A stretch of 64,000 nt of DNA from an uncultured delta proteobacterium (lineage in GTDB: Bacteria > Desulfobacterota > Binatia > UBA9968): the NCBI GenBank assembly GCA_963745035.1, contig CAVUVW010000002.1, positions 160,001-224,000 on the forward strand, written 5' to 3'. Each line of letters begins with the position of its first letter. Position 1 is the stretch's first letter. This document shows positions 19,818 through 30,732 of this stretch, one piece after another. The position numbers and the translations under genes were made by a program. The notes beneath the pieces were generated by a model that searched no databases, was not told the DNA's origin, and saw nothing but the letters and a program-made list of their open reading frames with translations.

Positions 19818-21803
19818 ATGTCACCAAGGCTGAATTTTCCCCACGGCGGTTCGACTTGGATTCCGCCGCACTGGCAAAAACCCTGTAGCGCGAGCCAGTG
19901 GAATGACGGCGTGCTTGCAGTCAGCTCGGTCGCAAGCGGGCCGTTCCCAGCCAATTTCAATCCCAATCTCTTCGACGATATTCCCGTTGCGCTCGCGCCC
20001 GATGGCGCGGGAGGCGCTTTCGTCTTTACCGTCTGCAGTATTTTCGTCCCAGGTTCGCTCGGTCCTTTTGCGCTCAGGGCGGTCGGCCCCACAGGAACTC
20101 GTTCTCAATTAGTGCAGACCAACGATCCTCGCGCTTGGATCGGAGTGCTTGGAATTTGGTCGGAAGCGGTTTTAGTGCCGAGCGGCTCGAAGCATTGCAT
20201 CGTTCTTTGGGGAAAAAACCAAAGCGTCGCCGGCCTGGTCGCTCAACGATATAACGATTCGCTCGTCGCGCGCTGGCAAAACGGCAATCCGGTTCAGGCG
20301 AGCTTGTCTTTCAGTTCTTCCTCTTTCGTCAAGAACAGCCTGGTCGCGGAACCGGATGGACACAACGGAGCGATCGCCGCGTGGATCATGCCCGGCGCCG
20401 GCGGAAACAACCAGGTGCAAATCCAGCGACTCGATATGAATGGAGCGCCGCTTTGGGGCGCCAACGGCACCACGTTCGGCGCCGTCACCGGACAAACCTA
20501 TGGATTACCGCAAGCGTGGGTCCAGCTGGTGAGCGACGGAAGTGGCGGCGCAATCGTCGTCATGCCGGAAGAGTCGGGTGGCGCTACGCGCTACGTGGCG
20601 CAGGCGATCGATGCCAACGGCGCGATCAACGGATCGGCCGATACGATCGTCGCTGGCGCTCCCAACGCCTGGCTCGCCAACTTCAGACTGCGGCGGGCCG
20701 TCCCCGATGGACAAGGAGGATTGTTCTTAGCGTATGTCGATTCGAATGGAGCATTGCGGGCACTGCGGTATACTGCGGCCGGCGGAGTGAGCTGGGATAT
20801 CCCGATCGGAAGGCCGATCCATTCCGCAGCCTTTCACATTCACGAAGACGATCGCCGCGGCTTCCTCGTTAGTTTCATCTCAGCGTCGCCGCTGCCCAGG
20901 ATAGAGCTGATGCGTATCGATGGCAGCGGAGCGACGACCTGGAACATCAATAACGTTGCTTCGAACAATCAAATCCTTGTCGGCATGCCCGCCGCCTCGG
21001 TCATTTGGACCAATGACGCCATGTCCCGGGTGACGCAAGCCGTGCCCGACGCGAACGGCGGCGCCATTCTCGTTCACCAGAATTGGATGGGAGGCGGAGC
21101 GCCGAGATTGTTTACCGTCTGCTACGATGCCGCCGGCACGCAAGTCAGTCCCGCGCAGCCTGTCAGCGCGCGGCCCACCGGGCAGGAACTGCCGGTCGTA
21201 ATCCCCGGCGGCGGCACCAGCGCCATAGTGGCTTGGGCCGATGACGGCGCCGCCTCTACAAATGGATTGGATGTCTGGGTGCAACGCCTCGGCTGCTGCG
21301 TCCCCGAGCCCATGAGGGAGCTTCCCTGGCCGCGATTCGGCTGCGAGATCATCGAGTTCGGCGGCGCGGGTTTCCGTGAAATGGTTCTTCGGCTTCCTTG
21401 CGGCAACAGAGAACGGCATTGGGGAGTGCTGCCGCTCACGCGTTTCTTCTCGAACGTGCGCGGGTTGAACTATCCCGGCTCCATTTTCAATAGCGATGTC
21501 GAGCAGCCGGATTGGATACGGATCGCGTTTTCGAGCTTACCGCCAGACATCGAAGTTCGACTCTATTCGATGAAAGGCAAGCTGATGGGGACGGGAAAAC
21601 CGATTTTCGCGGAAGGAAAGAAGGGTCCGCCCTTGCAAACGGTCCTGACTTTCAAATCCTCGGACGAGGATCAGTTGCTCGTGTTTTCCACCCGGCAAAA
21701 AGTAGAGCGCGAAAAAACCTTTCTGATCGGCGTGAACAGCGAATGGGGCAACGGCAAGCCACCGCCCCTGGGCGCCGCGACATCGCGGCGCATCCGACGG
21801 TGA
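19818..21803 (+). CDS. Hypothetical repeat protein, predicted beta-propeller plus C-terminal domain
   Basis: About seven DGxGGA-hydrophobic repeats (PDGAGGAF, PDGHNGAI, SDGSGGAI, PDGQGGLF, EDDRRGFL, PDANGGAI, GGGTSAIV). Confidence 0.65.
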   Translation: MSPRLNFPHGGSTWIPPHWQKPCSASQWNDGVLAVSSVASGPFPANFNPNLFDDIPVALAPDGAGGAFVFTVCSIFVPGSLGPFALRAVGPTGTRSQLVQTNDPRAWIGVLGIWSEAVLVPSGSKHCIVLWGKNQSVAGLVAQRYNDSLVARWQNGNPVQASLSFSSSSFVKNSLVAEPDGHNGAIAAWIMPGAGGNNQVQIQRLDMNGAPLWGANGTTFGAVTGQTYGLPQAWVQLVSDGSGGAIVVMPEESGGATRYVAQAIDANGAINGSADTIVAGAPNAWLANFRLRRAVPDGQGGLFLAYVDSNGALRALRYTAAGGVSWDIPIGRPIHSAAFHIHEDDRRGFLVSFISASPLPRIELMRIDGSGATTWNINNVASNNQILVGMPAASVIWTNDAMSRVTQAVPDANGGAILVHQNWMGGGAPRLFTVCYDAAGTQVSPAQPVSARPTGQELPVVIPGGGTSAIVAWADDGAASTNGLDVWVQRLGCCVPEPMRELPWPRFGCEIIEFGGAGFREMVLRLPCGNRERHWGVLPLTRFFSNVRGLNYPGSIFNSDVEQPDWIRIAFSSLPPDIEVRLYSMKGKLMGTGKPIFAEGKKGPPLQTVLTFKSSDEDQLLVFSTRQKVEREKTFLIGVNSEWGNGKPPPLGAATSRRIRR

Positions 21804-21879
21804 GCCTCAAACGGATGAAGGAGCAAAGCGGGAATGTGTGATTGCAAAACGTGACCTCAGAGCCGACTTGCGTTCCTCA

Positions 21880-22047
21880 TCACTTCGGCTCACTGATTTC
21901 GAATCCCAAGCCGCGTAGCAACGTGACTGTCTCTTCTTCGGTCAGGGTGCGCCCGAGTTTCTCGTGCTCCCGGATCAGATGCCGCATCATCTCGGGCTTG
22001 AGAGTCATCCAATCCGGCACCTTGGCAATTGTGACGCCCTCTTCCAT
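21880..22047 (-). CDS. Small hypothetical protein (55 aa)
   Basis: Hand translation MEEGVTIAKVPDWMTLKPEMMRHLIREHEKLGRTLTEEETVTLLRGLGFEISEPK; purine-rich upstream sequence. Confidence 0.5.
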   Translation of the reverse strand: MEEGVTIAKVPDWMTLKPEMMRHLIREHEKLGRTLTEEETVTLLRGLGFEISEPK

Positions 22048-22341
22048 TTTCACCCTTCCGCTTTCGGCCCAACCGATAAACTTTCATTCGTCGCGGCTGG
22101 ACGTTGGAACTCGGCGCTAAAATGCTTCCGCTTTCCTATCGAACGCCTCTTCCGAACTTTTAAGCCCTCGTGTGGCCCTCCGTCAAATCCTGGCTACTGC
22201 GCGGCGATCGCGAGCAAGAAGTTGTAAAAGTGTTAGTAGACTCAGGCGAGCTGCTTGGATTGACTATCCTTGGGACGGAGTTTTTGTCAGATTTTGTTAG
22301 TTTATTGCTTTTCACCGGGAAAACAATTAGCTAAGAGATCC

Positions 22342-23233
22342 ATGGCCGAGCTCATGAACACCCGGGAGGTCGCGCGCTACCTGGGCATCAACGAAAAGAA
22401 GGTCTATTCCCTCGCCAAACTCGGCAAGATTCCTTGCACGAGGGTGACCGGCAAATGGACTTTCCCGAAGCAATTGATCGACCGGTGGATCGAGGAGAGC
22501 GCTTGCGCTCTGGTTGCGCCAAGGGCCAAAGCCATAGAGCGCGCGTTTCTTCTCGCCGCGGGGAGCGACGACCCAAGCCTCGTGATCCTGCACGATCTTT
22601 ACGAAGCACAAACACGATCCGCTTCCTTCTTTATGACCACCGTCGGCAGTAGCGGCGGTCTGGCAGCGATTCACAGCGGCGTAGCTGATTTTGCCACGGC
22701 GCACCTGCTGGAACCGCGGCGGGCCGGTGTTGGTGAGGTGGTATTGCCACCCGGCGCCGTCGTGGTCGAGGCTTTTTATCGCGAGATGGGCCTTGTCGTG
22801 GCGCGGGGGAATCCCAAAGGCATCCAAGCAATCCGCGATCTTGGGCGCGCTGAATTTACGCATCGTCAATCGCCAGCCCGGCTCGGGAACGCGGATCTAT
22901 CTCGATCAGGAGCTGGCGCGCGCCAAGTTGCACGGCAAGAAGATTTCCGGTTACGAGAGTGAAGTCACAACGCATTTCGAAGTCGCGCGGCGGATCTTGC
23001 GGGGCGCTGCCGATGCCGGCTTGGCAACCCGCACAACCGCGGAGTCGCTTGGAGTCGATTTTATCCCTCTCACCCGAGAGCGTTTCGATGTCGTCATTGC
23101 CAAAGAGCGCTTCTTCTCGCCTGGGATCCAGGTTTTGCTTGGCGTCCTCGGCTCCCGTGAGTTCCGCCAACGAGTGGACGCATTAGGGGGATACGACACC
23201 ACCGGGTCCGGCCGAATCGTCACCGCACACTAG
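22342..23233 (+). CDS. Excisionase-type HTH fused to a molybdate/tungstate-binding PBP domain; transcriptional regulator (frameshift at about 22844)
   Basis: MNTREVARYLGINEKKVY...IPCTRVTGKWTFP; GSDD, VGSSGGL and VNRQPGSGTR. Confidence 0.85.
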
Positions 23234-23257
23234 TTGACCCAAAAAAGGGAGAAGGCT

Positions 23258-24109
23258 ATGCGGCAACAAAGACTGCTCTTTCTCGCCATGTTTTTCATGG
23301 CCTTAGGAGCCGGCGCGCCAACACAGGCAGCCGAAGTCAAGGACAAGAACGTTATTCTTTCAACGACAACGAGTACCCAGGATTCCGGCCTGCTCGATGT
23401 TTTGGTGCCGTTGTTTGAAAAAGCGACGGGATACTCGGTCAAAACGATTTCGGTGGGCACGGGTCAAGCATTGGCGCTGGCGGCAAAGGGCGATGCCGAC
23501 GTGGCGCTGGTTCACGCGCCGAGTCTGGAGAAGAAATACGTAGCGGATGGAAAGCTCCAGAACCGACGCCTGGTCATGTACAACGACTTCGTCCTCATCG
23601 GACCGAAGCAGGATCCTGCCAAGATCAAATCAGCGAAAGGTGCGCTTGCGGCAATGAAGCTCATCGCGCAGGCTAAATCTCCCTTCGTGTCCCGCGGCGA
23701 CAATTCGGGCACCCACAGTCTCGAGAAGTCTCTCTGGAAGGACGCCGGCGTGGAACCAAAGGGTGACTGGTACATCGAGGCCGGCCAGGGAATGGGGGCG
23801 ACCTTGGGCATCGCCAACGAACGCAACGCCTACACGATCACCGATCGTGGAACTTACCTGGCTCTCGCCAAGCGGGTCACACTGCCGATCTTGGTGGAAG
23901 GAGACCGAGCGCTGTTGAACGTCTATTCGGTCATGGAGGTGAATCCCGCGAACGGTCCAAGGGTCAATGCAACGGGTGGAAAAGCATTGGCCGACTTTAT
24001 GGTGTCGCCGCAAGCGCAGAACGCGATCAAATCCTTTGGCGTGGAGAAATTCGGCCAACCCTTGTTTGTTCCGGTGGCGGGCAAACGCGAGGATGACTTG
24101 GGAGGTTGA
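23258..24109 (+). CDS. tupA: Tungstate ABC transporter substrate-binding protein
   Basis: TupA signature TTTSTQDSGLL; VGTGQAL, VHAP, FVSRGDNSGTH and GQGMG. Confidence 0.92.
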   Translation: MRQQRLLFLAMFFMALGAGAPTQAAEVKDKNVILSTTTSTQDSGLLDVLVPLFEKATGYSVKTISVGTGQALALAAKGDADVALVHAPSLEKKYVADGKLQNRRLVMYNDFVLIGPKQDPAKIKSAKGALAAMKLIAQAKSPFVSRGDNSGTHSLEKSLWKDAGVEPKGDWYIEAGQGMGATLGIANERNAYTITDRGTYLALAKRVTLPILVEGDRALLNVYSVMEVNPANGPRVNATGGKALADFMVSPQAQNAIKSFGVEKFGQPLFVPVAGKREDDLGG

Positions 24110-24110
24110 C

Positions 24111-24824
24111 TTGGAATTAATCTGGCAGGGTTTTCTGAAAGCCATCGAGTTGATCGTTTCCGGCGATGCGGAAGTTTGGGCGATTACTTTGTTGTCGCTC
24201 AAGATTTCGGGCACGGCCACGCTTATTTCGTTGTTGCTGGGGATTCCTTTAGGAATCACGCTGGCGATGGTCGGATTTCCTGGTCGCACCGTCATCGCGG
24301 CCTTGGTCAATACAGGCATGGGCTTGCCACCCGTCGTGGTCGGGCTGTTCATCTCCATCTTTCTATGGCGTAGCGGACCATTGGGATTTTTAGAATTGAT
24401 CTACACGCCAGAGGCGATGATTGTCGCTCAAGTCGTCATCGCTTTTCCCATCGTCGCAGGTCTGACCATGGCGACATTCCAGACTATCGATCCCAATCTT
24501 GCTCTGCAATTACTCGGTCTCGGTGCATCTCGGATGCAGATGTTGTGGCTCCTCTGCAAGGAAGCTCGCTTGCCGCTCCTTGCCGCCGTGATGGCCGGCT
24601 TCGGTGGAGTCATCTCCGAAGTGGGCGCTTCCATGATGGTTGGAGGCAACATCCGAGGGCAGACCCGCGTACTAACAACGGCGACGGTGCTGGAGACCGG
24701 CAAAGGAAACTTTGACGTTGCCATTGCTTTAGGGTTGATTCTTCTGAGTCTCTGCTTCGCGCTGAATTATTTTTTGACCCACATCCAGCAGCGGGGCCGC
24801 AGCAAATGGCCCCTCCTCTTCTAA
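24111..24824 (+). CDS. tupB: Tungstate ABC transporter permease
   Basis: GLPPVVVGL...RSGPLG and SEVGASMMVGGNIRGQTRVLTTA; TTG start 1 nt after the tupA stop. Confidence 0.9.
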   Translation: MELIWQGFLKAIELIVSGDAEVWAITLLSLKISGTATLISLLLGIPLGITLAMVGFPGRTVIAALVNTGMGLPPVVVGLFISIFLWRSGPLGFLELIYTPEAMIVAQVVIAFPIVAGLTMATFQTIDPNLALQLLGLGASRMQMLWLLCKEARLPLLAAVMAGFGGVISEVGASMMVGGNIRGQTRVLTTATVLETGKGNFDVAIALGLILLSLCFALNYFLTHIQQRGRSKWPLLF

Positions 24825-24919
24825 CCTTGCGGGATGTTCGGATTCGCTACGGACCGGCAACCGTCCTCGACGTCCCGGTTCTGGAGATTCACCGGCCCTG
24901 CGAGCCGGGAAGTTGCTGA
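24806..24919 (+). pseudogene. tupC: Truncated ABC ATPase N-terminus (tupC remnant)
   Basis: MAPPLLTLRDVRIRYGPATVLDVPVLEIHR overlaps the tupB end and stops before Walker A. Confidence 0.65.
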
Positions 24920-25480
24920 TCTGGTCGCTGTATGATCGTTAAACGAAATTTTTCCTGAGCTCACAATACAGAAGAGAGAAGTCGTTCCGGTTTTGTTCCA
25001 AAACTGGATGCCAATGCTTGTCACTCCGTGGAATTTAGACGAGACAAAGTGACTGATTCGCAGGGCGTTGTTTCCCCGTATCACTTGGTGATCTTACGTT
25101 TGTTGCCTCTACCGCGCAAAATAAATGATGGAATCAAAAACCGGAGCCGACAGGCTCCCTTATTGATGTCATGTCAAATTTACTTTGCCCCAGAGTGGGC
25201 AAAGCCGTTGGTATCGTTGCAGCCATGGCGTTGGAAATTACCGCGTGATCGCGTTCCAGGGGATAGCGCCTCAAGGAGATCAGCTCCATCAGAACCTTGC
25301 TGCCGCCCAAAAGGATTCAATCCCAAAGGACACGATGCTTGTGACGAAAAGAAATGCGGAACTAGCGAGGTCTCCGGCTGAGTGGCACGACGTGAGCCGA
25401 AACGGGTAGATCTTTGCGGTTCAAGCCTAAACAGAAGCTTAACAGTAAGCGAATTTTGACGAGATCCGCAATGATCCGGT

Positions 25481-25687
25481 CTATCTCCGCCCAGAATCTT
25501 GCGGCGACTTAACCGAGGACTTAGGACGGTTTACTTTGCTTTCGCCGAAAGTAACCATGTGTCCAATTCTCCCGCTGCCGTTACACTGTTTGCACTTGAC
25601 CTTGAGAAACTTCATGCGCCGGATTGAGCCGTTGCCGTAGCAGTGGCTACAGATAGAGGACCACGAGATCGGGAAATCACCGCTCAT
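25481..25687 (-). CDS. Small DnaJ-type zinc-finger protein
   Basis: Two CxxCxGxG motifs (CSHCYGNG and CKQCNGSG) in 68 aa. Confidence 0.6.
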   Translation of the reverse strand: MSGDFPISWSSICSHCYGNGSIRRMKFLKVKCKQCNGSGRIGHMVTFGESKVNRPKSSVKSPQDSGRR

Positions 25688-25856
25688 TGTAATATTTTTT
25701 ACGCAAGTGGGCTTACAAGCAACCGATCAGCGACACGAACAGCCGAAGTCAGCAATCACCTGGACCTTTGAACGGCCTAGCAAGCAAAGGCGTTTATACA
25801 AGCTAAACTTGTCTCCACGTGAGTCTGCCCGATGCGTCAACGCCAGGAGAAAACGT

Positions 25857-26138
25857 TTACGAGATCCGTATCTCTCCAAGTTCTCGAAGGGTCATGTCCT
25901 TCTTGCGAACAATGTCCAAGATAATCTTTTGTTGTGCCGATTGAGGCACGGGCAACATGACTGTGTACTCGCAGTACTTGCTGCGACGAAGCCGGAGTCG
26001 AAGCTCGCCGGGACAGTAATTGACTACTTTCACGATAACGTCGCTGAGATCAGCCTTGGGGGGAATTTGGACGTCCTCTGCGGCTTCGCCGATCGTGACG
26101 CTTGCTGGCCAGTGCGCCCAATATTCGTGCAAAACCAT
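25857..26138 (-). CDS. Hypothetical protein
   Basis: ORF with GGGAGA upstream of MVLHEYW; protein-like composition. Confidence 0.45.
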   Translation of the reverse strand: MVLHEYWAHWPASVTIGEAAEDVQIPPKADLSDVIVKVVNYCPGELRLRLRRSKYCEYTVMLPVPQSAQQKIILDIVRKKDMTLRELGEIRIS

Positions 26139-26588
26139 CCTAGTTTCTCCCGTGCTCAAATACCGCCAAACCAGGAAATACGAAGCCAAAATGGCTACGA
26201 AATGCTTATCCACTCAAACGACTTGAATCAAGAGAGTTGGACAAAAAACCTCACGATTATCCAAAATTTAATGAACTTGGGCATGTTTTGCCCTGTGTCC
26301 CGATCGAAATCAAAAGATGCATAGCAATGAGTGCGTTTGCGGCGATGAGAAGCGTCCGAAACGATAAAGCATCACCACACTCGCACCATCTGCGTGCGAC
26401 ACCCCATGTCCCGTCTGCACTGCCTCCGCCTCCAGCTCTCTTCCACAGAGCGGACGAACTACCGCGCCGCTGAAGGGGATGCACTGACGCGAAATCAGAC
26501 ATGGCAAATCGGGCTGGCCTTGTCTTGTGCAGCTCCTTTTGATAGTCGACATTCCGTGGCCCGGCAGGCGCGGCCAGAATAAGTTGAT

Positions 26589-27068
26589 ATGATCCACGTT
26601 CCGAATTATGCCAATGCCCTGCGGTGCATCGCGCAGGTTTTGCAAAGCTACAGCGTAGACATCTTCCAGCTGAGCACTGACGGTGACGGTTTTCTGGTGG
26701 AATATCTCGACCCTAACCCGCCGTACCGAGAGATTCTCAAACTAGAATTTTCGGCGTCTAGAATTGAGGTTCTGGATCGTGACGGTGAGACGAAGCGGCG
26801 CCACACTAAATCTGACTTTCGATTCGACAGCTTCCCTGAAACTCTTAGAGCAGCGGGCCGATACGTGGACAGTAAACGCGCACAACTTCGGGGGCTCAAA
26901 AACAGCTCGGCTGAATGCGGCGAGTTAGAAATCGAATATCAAACCAGGGCAGGAGAATTGCGATCAGAGATATTAGACACGAGTTCTCTTCGTGAAATCG
27001 GCGTCTCCATGTACAAGCGGCGCAGCCGCATCTTAAACCCAGTTACCTTGCTCACACCCCGGGCTTAG
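26589..27068 (+). CDS. Hypothetical protein
   Basis: 159-aa ORF with apparent internal repeat (YANALRCIAQVL / FPETLRAAGRYV). Confidence 0.6.
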   Translation: MIHVPNYANALRCIAQVLQSYSVDIFQLSTDGDGFLVEYLDPNPPYREILKLEFSASRIEVLDRDGETKRRHTKSDFRFDSFPETLRAAGRYVDSKRAQLRGLKNSSAECGELEIEYQTRAGELRSEILDTSSLREIGVSMYKRRSRILNPVTLLTPRA

Positions 27069-27171
27069 CTGATGTGGCTTCGGTTTTTGGTCTCGCAACT
27101 CAGTGGAGCGCTAACTCCCGAATCCTAATGGTGACTAGTAATAGATCTCCATTGGGGAGTCTGAACCGAAA

Positions 27172-27211
27172 AGTGAAAAGAGGGATGAGCCCACACCAAT
27201 GAGCTCATCCC
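27172..27211 (-). terminator. Rho-independent terminator candidate
   Basis: GGGATGAGC/GCTCATCCC stem with a T-rich tail on the minus strand, just after the 27226 stop. Confidence 0.5.
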
Positions 27212-27225
27212 CGATTTAACACGGC

Positions 27226-27792
27226 CTACACTACCGGCCGAACTCTAGGTTTATCGCTCTCGGCGAAATCAGCACCCGTCTCTCCTGTAGAGGAGACATC
27301 GTGAGCGCCGGTCCTCTCCAAAACGTCTTTCGCTTTTGACGTCCACTCGGAGTTATCGCAGTGGACCGAAATCAGAATGCCGCCTTCTTTGATCATTCCC
27401 TCATACCGTTGCGCTTTGTATTCGGGGATACCTGCTCCAGCCAACGCGCCCACCATGCCACCCGCCGTACCGCCTACACCCATACCGGCGAGCATTGCGA
27501 CAATCGGCCCAGCGGCCAGGAAAGGACCGACGCCGGGAATGACGATCGACCCCACGCCTGCGAGCCAACCAAGGACACCTCCGGCCAGGGCTCCTGTGCT
27601 GGCGCCAGCCACAGCTCCTTCTGGCGCTTTGGTTCCCTTTTCATGAGCGAAATCTTTCGTACCCTCGTTTGCTGGAAACAATACAGACATGTCCGTTGTG
27701 CGGAATCCCTCCCGTTCCAACGCTTCTACTCCATTCCGTAGGCTCGCCTCATTCCGGTAAATTCCAAATGCCGAAGTATTTTTTCCTGCCAT
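27226..27792 (-). CDS. General-stress-type glycine-zipper membrane protein (DUF3341/17M-like)
   Basis: FAHEKGTKAPEGAVAGA, IPGVGPFLAAGPI, GIPEYKAQRYEG and GGILISVHCD. Confidence 0.8.
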   Translation of the reverse strand: MAGKNTSAFGIYRNEASLRNGVEALEREGFRTTDMSVLFPANEGTKDFAHEKGTKAPEGAVAGASTGALAGGVLGWLAGVGSIVIPGVGPFLAAGPIVAMLAGMGVGGTAGGMVGALAGAGIPEYKAQRYEGMIKEGGILISVHCDNSEWTSKAKDVLERTGAHDVSSTGETGADFAESDKPRVRPVV

Positions 27793-28129
27793 GTTCGATC
27801 TCCTTCCTGTTTTCCAAATGATCTATGTCCCGCAGCCGGAACAATTACCTCGTGCGTTTTTGCAGCATGAGGATGTTTTCCGCGCTTATTTGAGACTGAG
27901 AGCACAAGTGAGCAAGGGATATGCCGCGTTAAACAGATGCGCAGTCGTTTTATGTCGACTTCTGGGATTTAATTGGCAGAGACAAATGTTCCTACAGCTA
28001 GAGGTCAAAGTGAAATTCGCGTGGCATATCCGTTGCGAATTGATCGAGACAATCTAACTTGGAAGTGGTTCGCAGAAGGAGTACGGGTAGGCAGAATACC
28101 AGGATACGCATTCTCAAGTTCCTCGATAG

Positions 28130-28320
28130 ATGTGTCCCGACTGTGAACCTACGGTCCGAGAGAGCGCGCAGCCGGCGCAGCAAAACGTACAAACGGTCTC
28201 GCGGCTTGAGTACGATGCGCTGCGAGCGCGCTCCCTCGCTGAGCGCCTCAGCGACGTGCTCACAAAGGCGATCGGCAGCTTAGCGTCGATTACATTTCAC
28301 GTCGTTTGGTTCACCTCTAC
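28130..28320 (+). pseudogene. DUF1003-family N-terminal fragment
   Basis: NVQTVSRLE...RSLAERLSDVLTKAIGSLASITFHVVWF, after which the resemblance ends. Confidence 0.45.
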
Positions 28321-28501
28321 CGACATTGCGGCAAAGAGCCGTTCTCCCGACGTGGCAGGATTTTCAAGGAACGGGTGCCTGTCACTGGCGCCGGGCGATA
28401 CGGGAATCTACAATCCTCGTGTCGGGTGGGTTCTTTCGGGCCACTTGGGATCGAGGCAATCCGCGTCTAGGACTTTCCAGCCAGACGCTTCAGCATTACT
28501 C

Positions 28502-30150
28502 ATGAACACGAGCCGAAACTCCGCTGAACGCGACGTTGACGAAACCCTCCTGACCACCAAGCCTTATTTTTGGTGGCAGCGCGGGATCATCTACCAGATC
28601 TATCCGCGCTCTTTCAAAGACAGTAACGGTGACGGGATCGGCGACCTTCGCGGTATCGTCGCCGGCCTCGACTATCTGCGCTGGCTCGGTATCGATGCCA
28701 TCTGGATTTCCCCAATCTATCCTTCGCCGATGAAGGATTTCGGTTATGACGTCGCCGATTACCAGTCAGTGGACCCACTGTTCGGTACGCTAGATGATTT
28801 TGACGAGCTTCTGCGCGAGGCGCATAGCCGAGATATCAAAGTCATCCTCGACTTTGTACCCAACCACACGTCGGACCAGCATCCCTGGTTTCTCGAGTCG
28901 CGGGGGTCCCGCGAAAATCCAAAGCGCGACTGGTACATCTGGCGCGATCCCGCACCGGGCGGCGGGCCGCCGAACAATTGGCTTTCCTGCTTCGGCGGCA
29001 GTGCATGGGAGTATGACGAGAGAACCGGTCAATACTACTATCATGCATTCTTGAAAGAGCAGCCGGACCTCAACTGGCGAAATCCTCAGGTGGTCGAAGC
29101 CATGCTCGATGTGCTGCGCTTCTGGCTCGATCGCGGCGTGGACGGATTCCGTGTCGATGTGATTTGGCACTTAATCAAGGACGAGAGTTTCTCCGACAAC
29201 CCGCCAAACCCGGAGTGGCATGAGGGCATAGACCCGTACCAAGCAATCGTCCCGCTGCATACCACCGACCGGCCTGAGGTTCATCAGATCATCGCATTGA
29301 TGCGCCGGGTCGTTGACAGCTACCCTGAGCGCGTGCTGATCGGCGAAATTTATCTTTCCATCGAACGGTTGGTGCAATACTACGGTGTAAACCTCTCAGG
29401 CGTTCACCTGCCGTTCAACTTTCAATTGCTGCTGGCCCAATGGGATGCGCGGCACATCGCGCGGTTGATCGTGGAATACGAGAAGGCGCTTCCCGAAGGC
29501 GGGTGGCCCAACTGGGTGCTCGGCAATCACGACCGCAGCCGCATCGCTTCGCGAGTGGGAAGGGCGCAGGCGCGCGTCGCTGCTATGCTCCTGCTCACCT
29601 TGCGTGGTACGCCGACGCTTTATTATGGCGATGAGATCGGCATGCAGGATGTTCCCGTTCCCACTGAGCGCGCCTGTGACCCGGTCGAACTAAGAATTCC
29701 GGGTTTGGGACTCGGTCGGGACCCCGAGCGCACGCCCATGCAATGGAGTGCGGACAAGAATGCGGGGTTCAGCACTGGCGAGCCATGGCTTCCAATCGCC
29801 CGCGATTATGCCGAGGTCAATGTCGAGTCCGAGCGCCAAGAGCCGTCTTCGCTGCTCACGTTGTACCGCAGTTTGATCGCTCTCCGCCGGGGTGAACCCG
29901 CTTTAGAACTGGGCCGCTTCGAACCGATTGAGGCATCAGGGGATGTCCTGGCCTATTTGCGGCGCTCACCCAGGACGGCAGCACGTTCCTTATCGCCCTT
30001 AATCTCGGACCCAATCCGCAGGTTCTCGGAGATGCGCCGCGGTGCACCATCGAAGTTTCCACACATCTCGACCGTATACGCGAGTCTGTTTCCGGCGACC
30101 TGCAACTGCGGCCCGACGAAGGCGTGGTGGCGCGGCTACGCGCTGATTAA
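28502..30150 (+). CDS. GH13 alpha-glucosidase (frameshift at about 29970)
   Basis: YQIYPRSFKDSNGDGIGDL, DFVPNHTSDQHPWF, GFRVDV, IGE and LGNHD; C-terminus LRPDEGVV continues in another frame. Confidence 0.9.
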
Positions 30151-30732
30151 TGGTGGAGATTGCGATGGCTCCAATTCCTGCATCTCCAGATCGAGCGACG
30201 AACGCGGCAACGCCAAGCGCCAGCCAAACCATTCCGTTGTTTTTCATGAGCGGAGGACGGCTGGTGTCCATATGCTGTCCGATGCGCCGCTTGGTGTCTG
30301 TTTCGAACTTCAGTTTACAAATCCCTTTTAGAGCCGGATGATGAGTTAAAACCATCGCGGCTTTAATTCGCAATCGTATTCTTCTATCGCTTCAATTCAG
30401 GTTTCACGCCTCCATGTCGGATCGCGGGCGCTTGCGTCACGATCTCTTAAAACGTGTAAGTTGCCGGGTGTGCTCGTTTCGGGACAGTGTCCTCGCGGTG
30501 TGACAGTTCATTGAGCCGCGTTCGTAGCGCAACGCGCCTATTGCCGGGGTGATGTCTACCCCGCCGGACGTCGAGGTTCTTGGCATTGAGCTTGCGGCCC
30601 AATCCTCGCGAGATCGATCGGACCTGGAGTACGCGCCAAGTCATCTGCGCGGAAATTGGGCGCCCGAGAAGCGAGTCGTGCGATGCAGCCCGCCAGTTCG
30701 CGACATAGGCAGCGTGCAACTGAGGTGATGCC

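Noticed and set aside
22200-22341. Moco/Wco riboswitch upstream of the tup operon
   Set aside because: No recognisable conserved stems by eye; an Rfam/Infernal search would be needed
28130-30331. 733-aa ORF as a DUF1003-glucosidase fusion
   Set aside because: The N-terminal part is a short remnant joined by non-protein-like sequence, and the C-terminal extension results from a frameshift; the real enzyme is about 28502-30150
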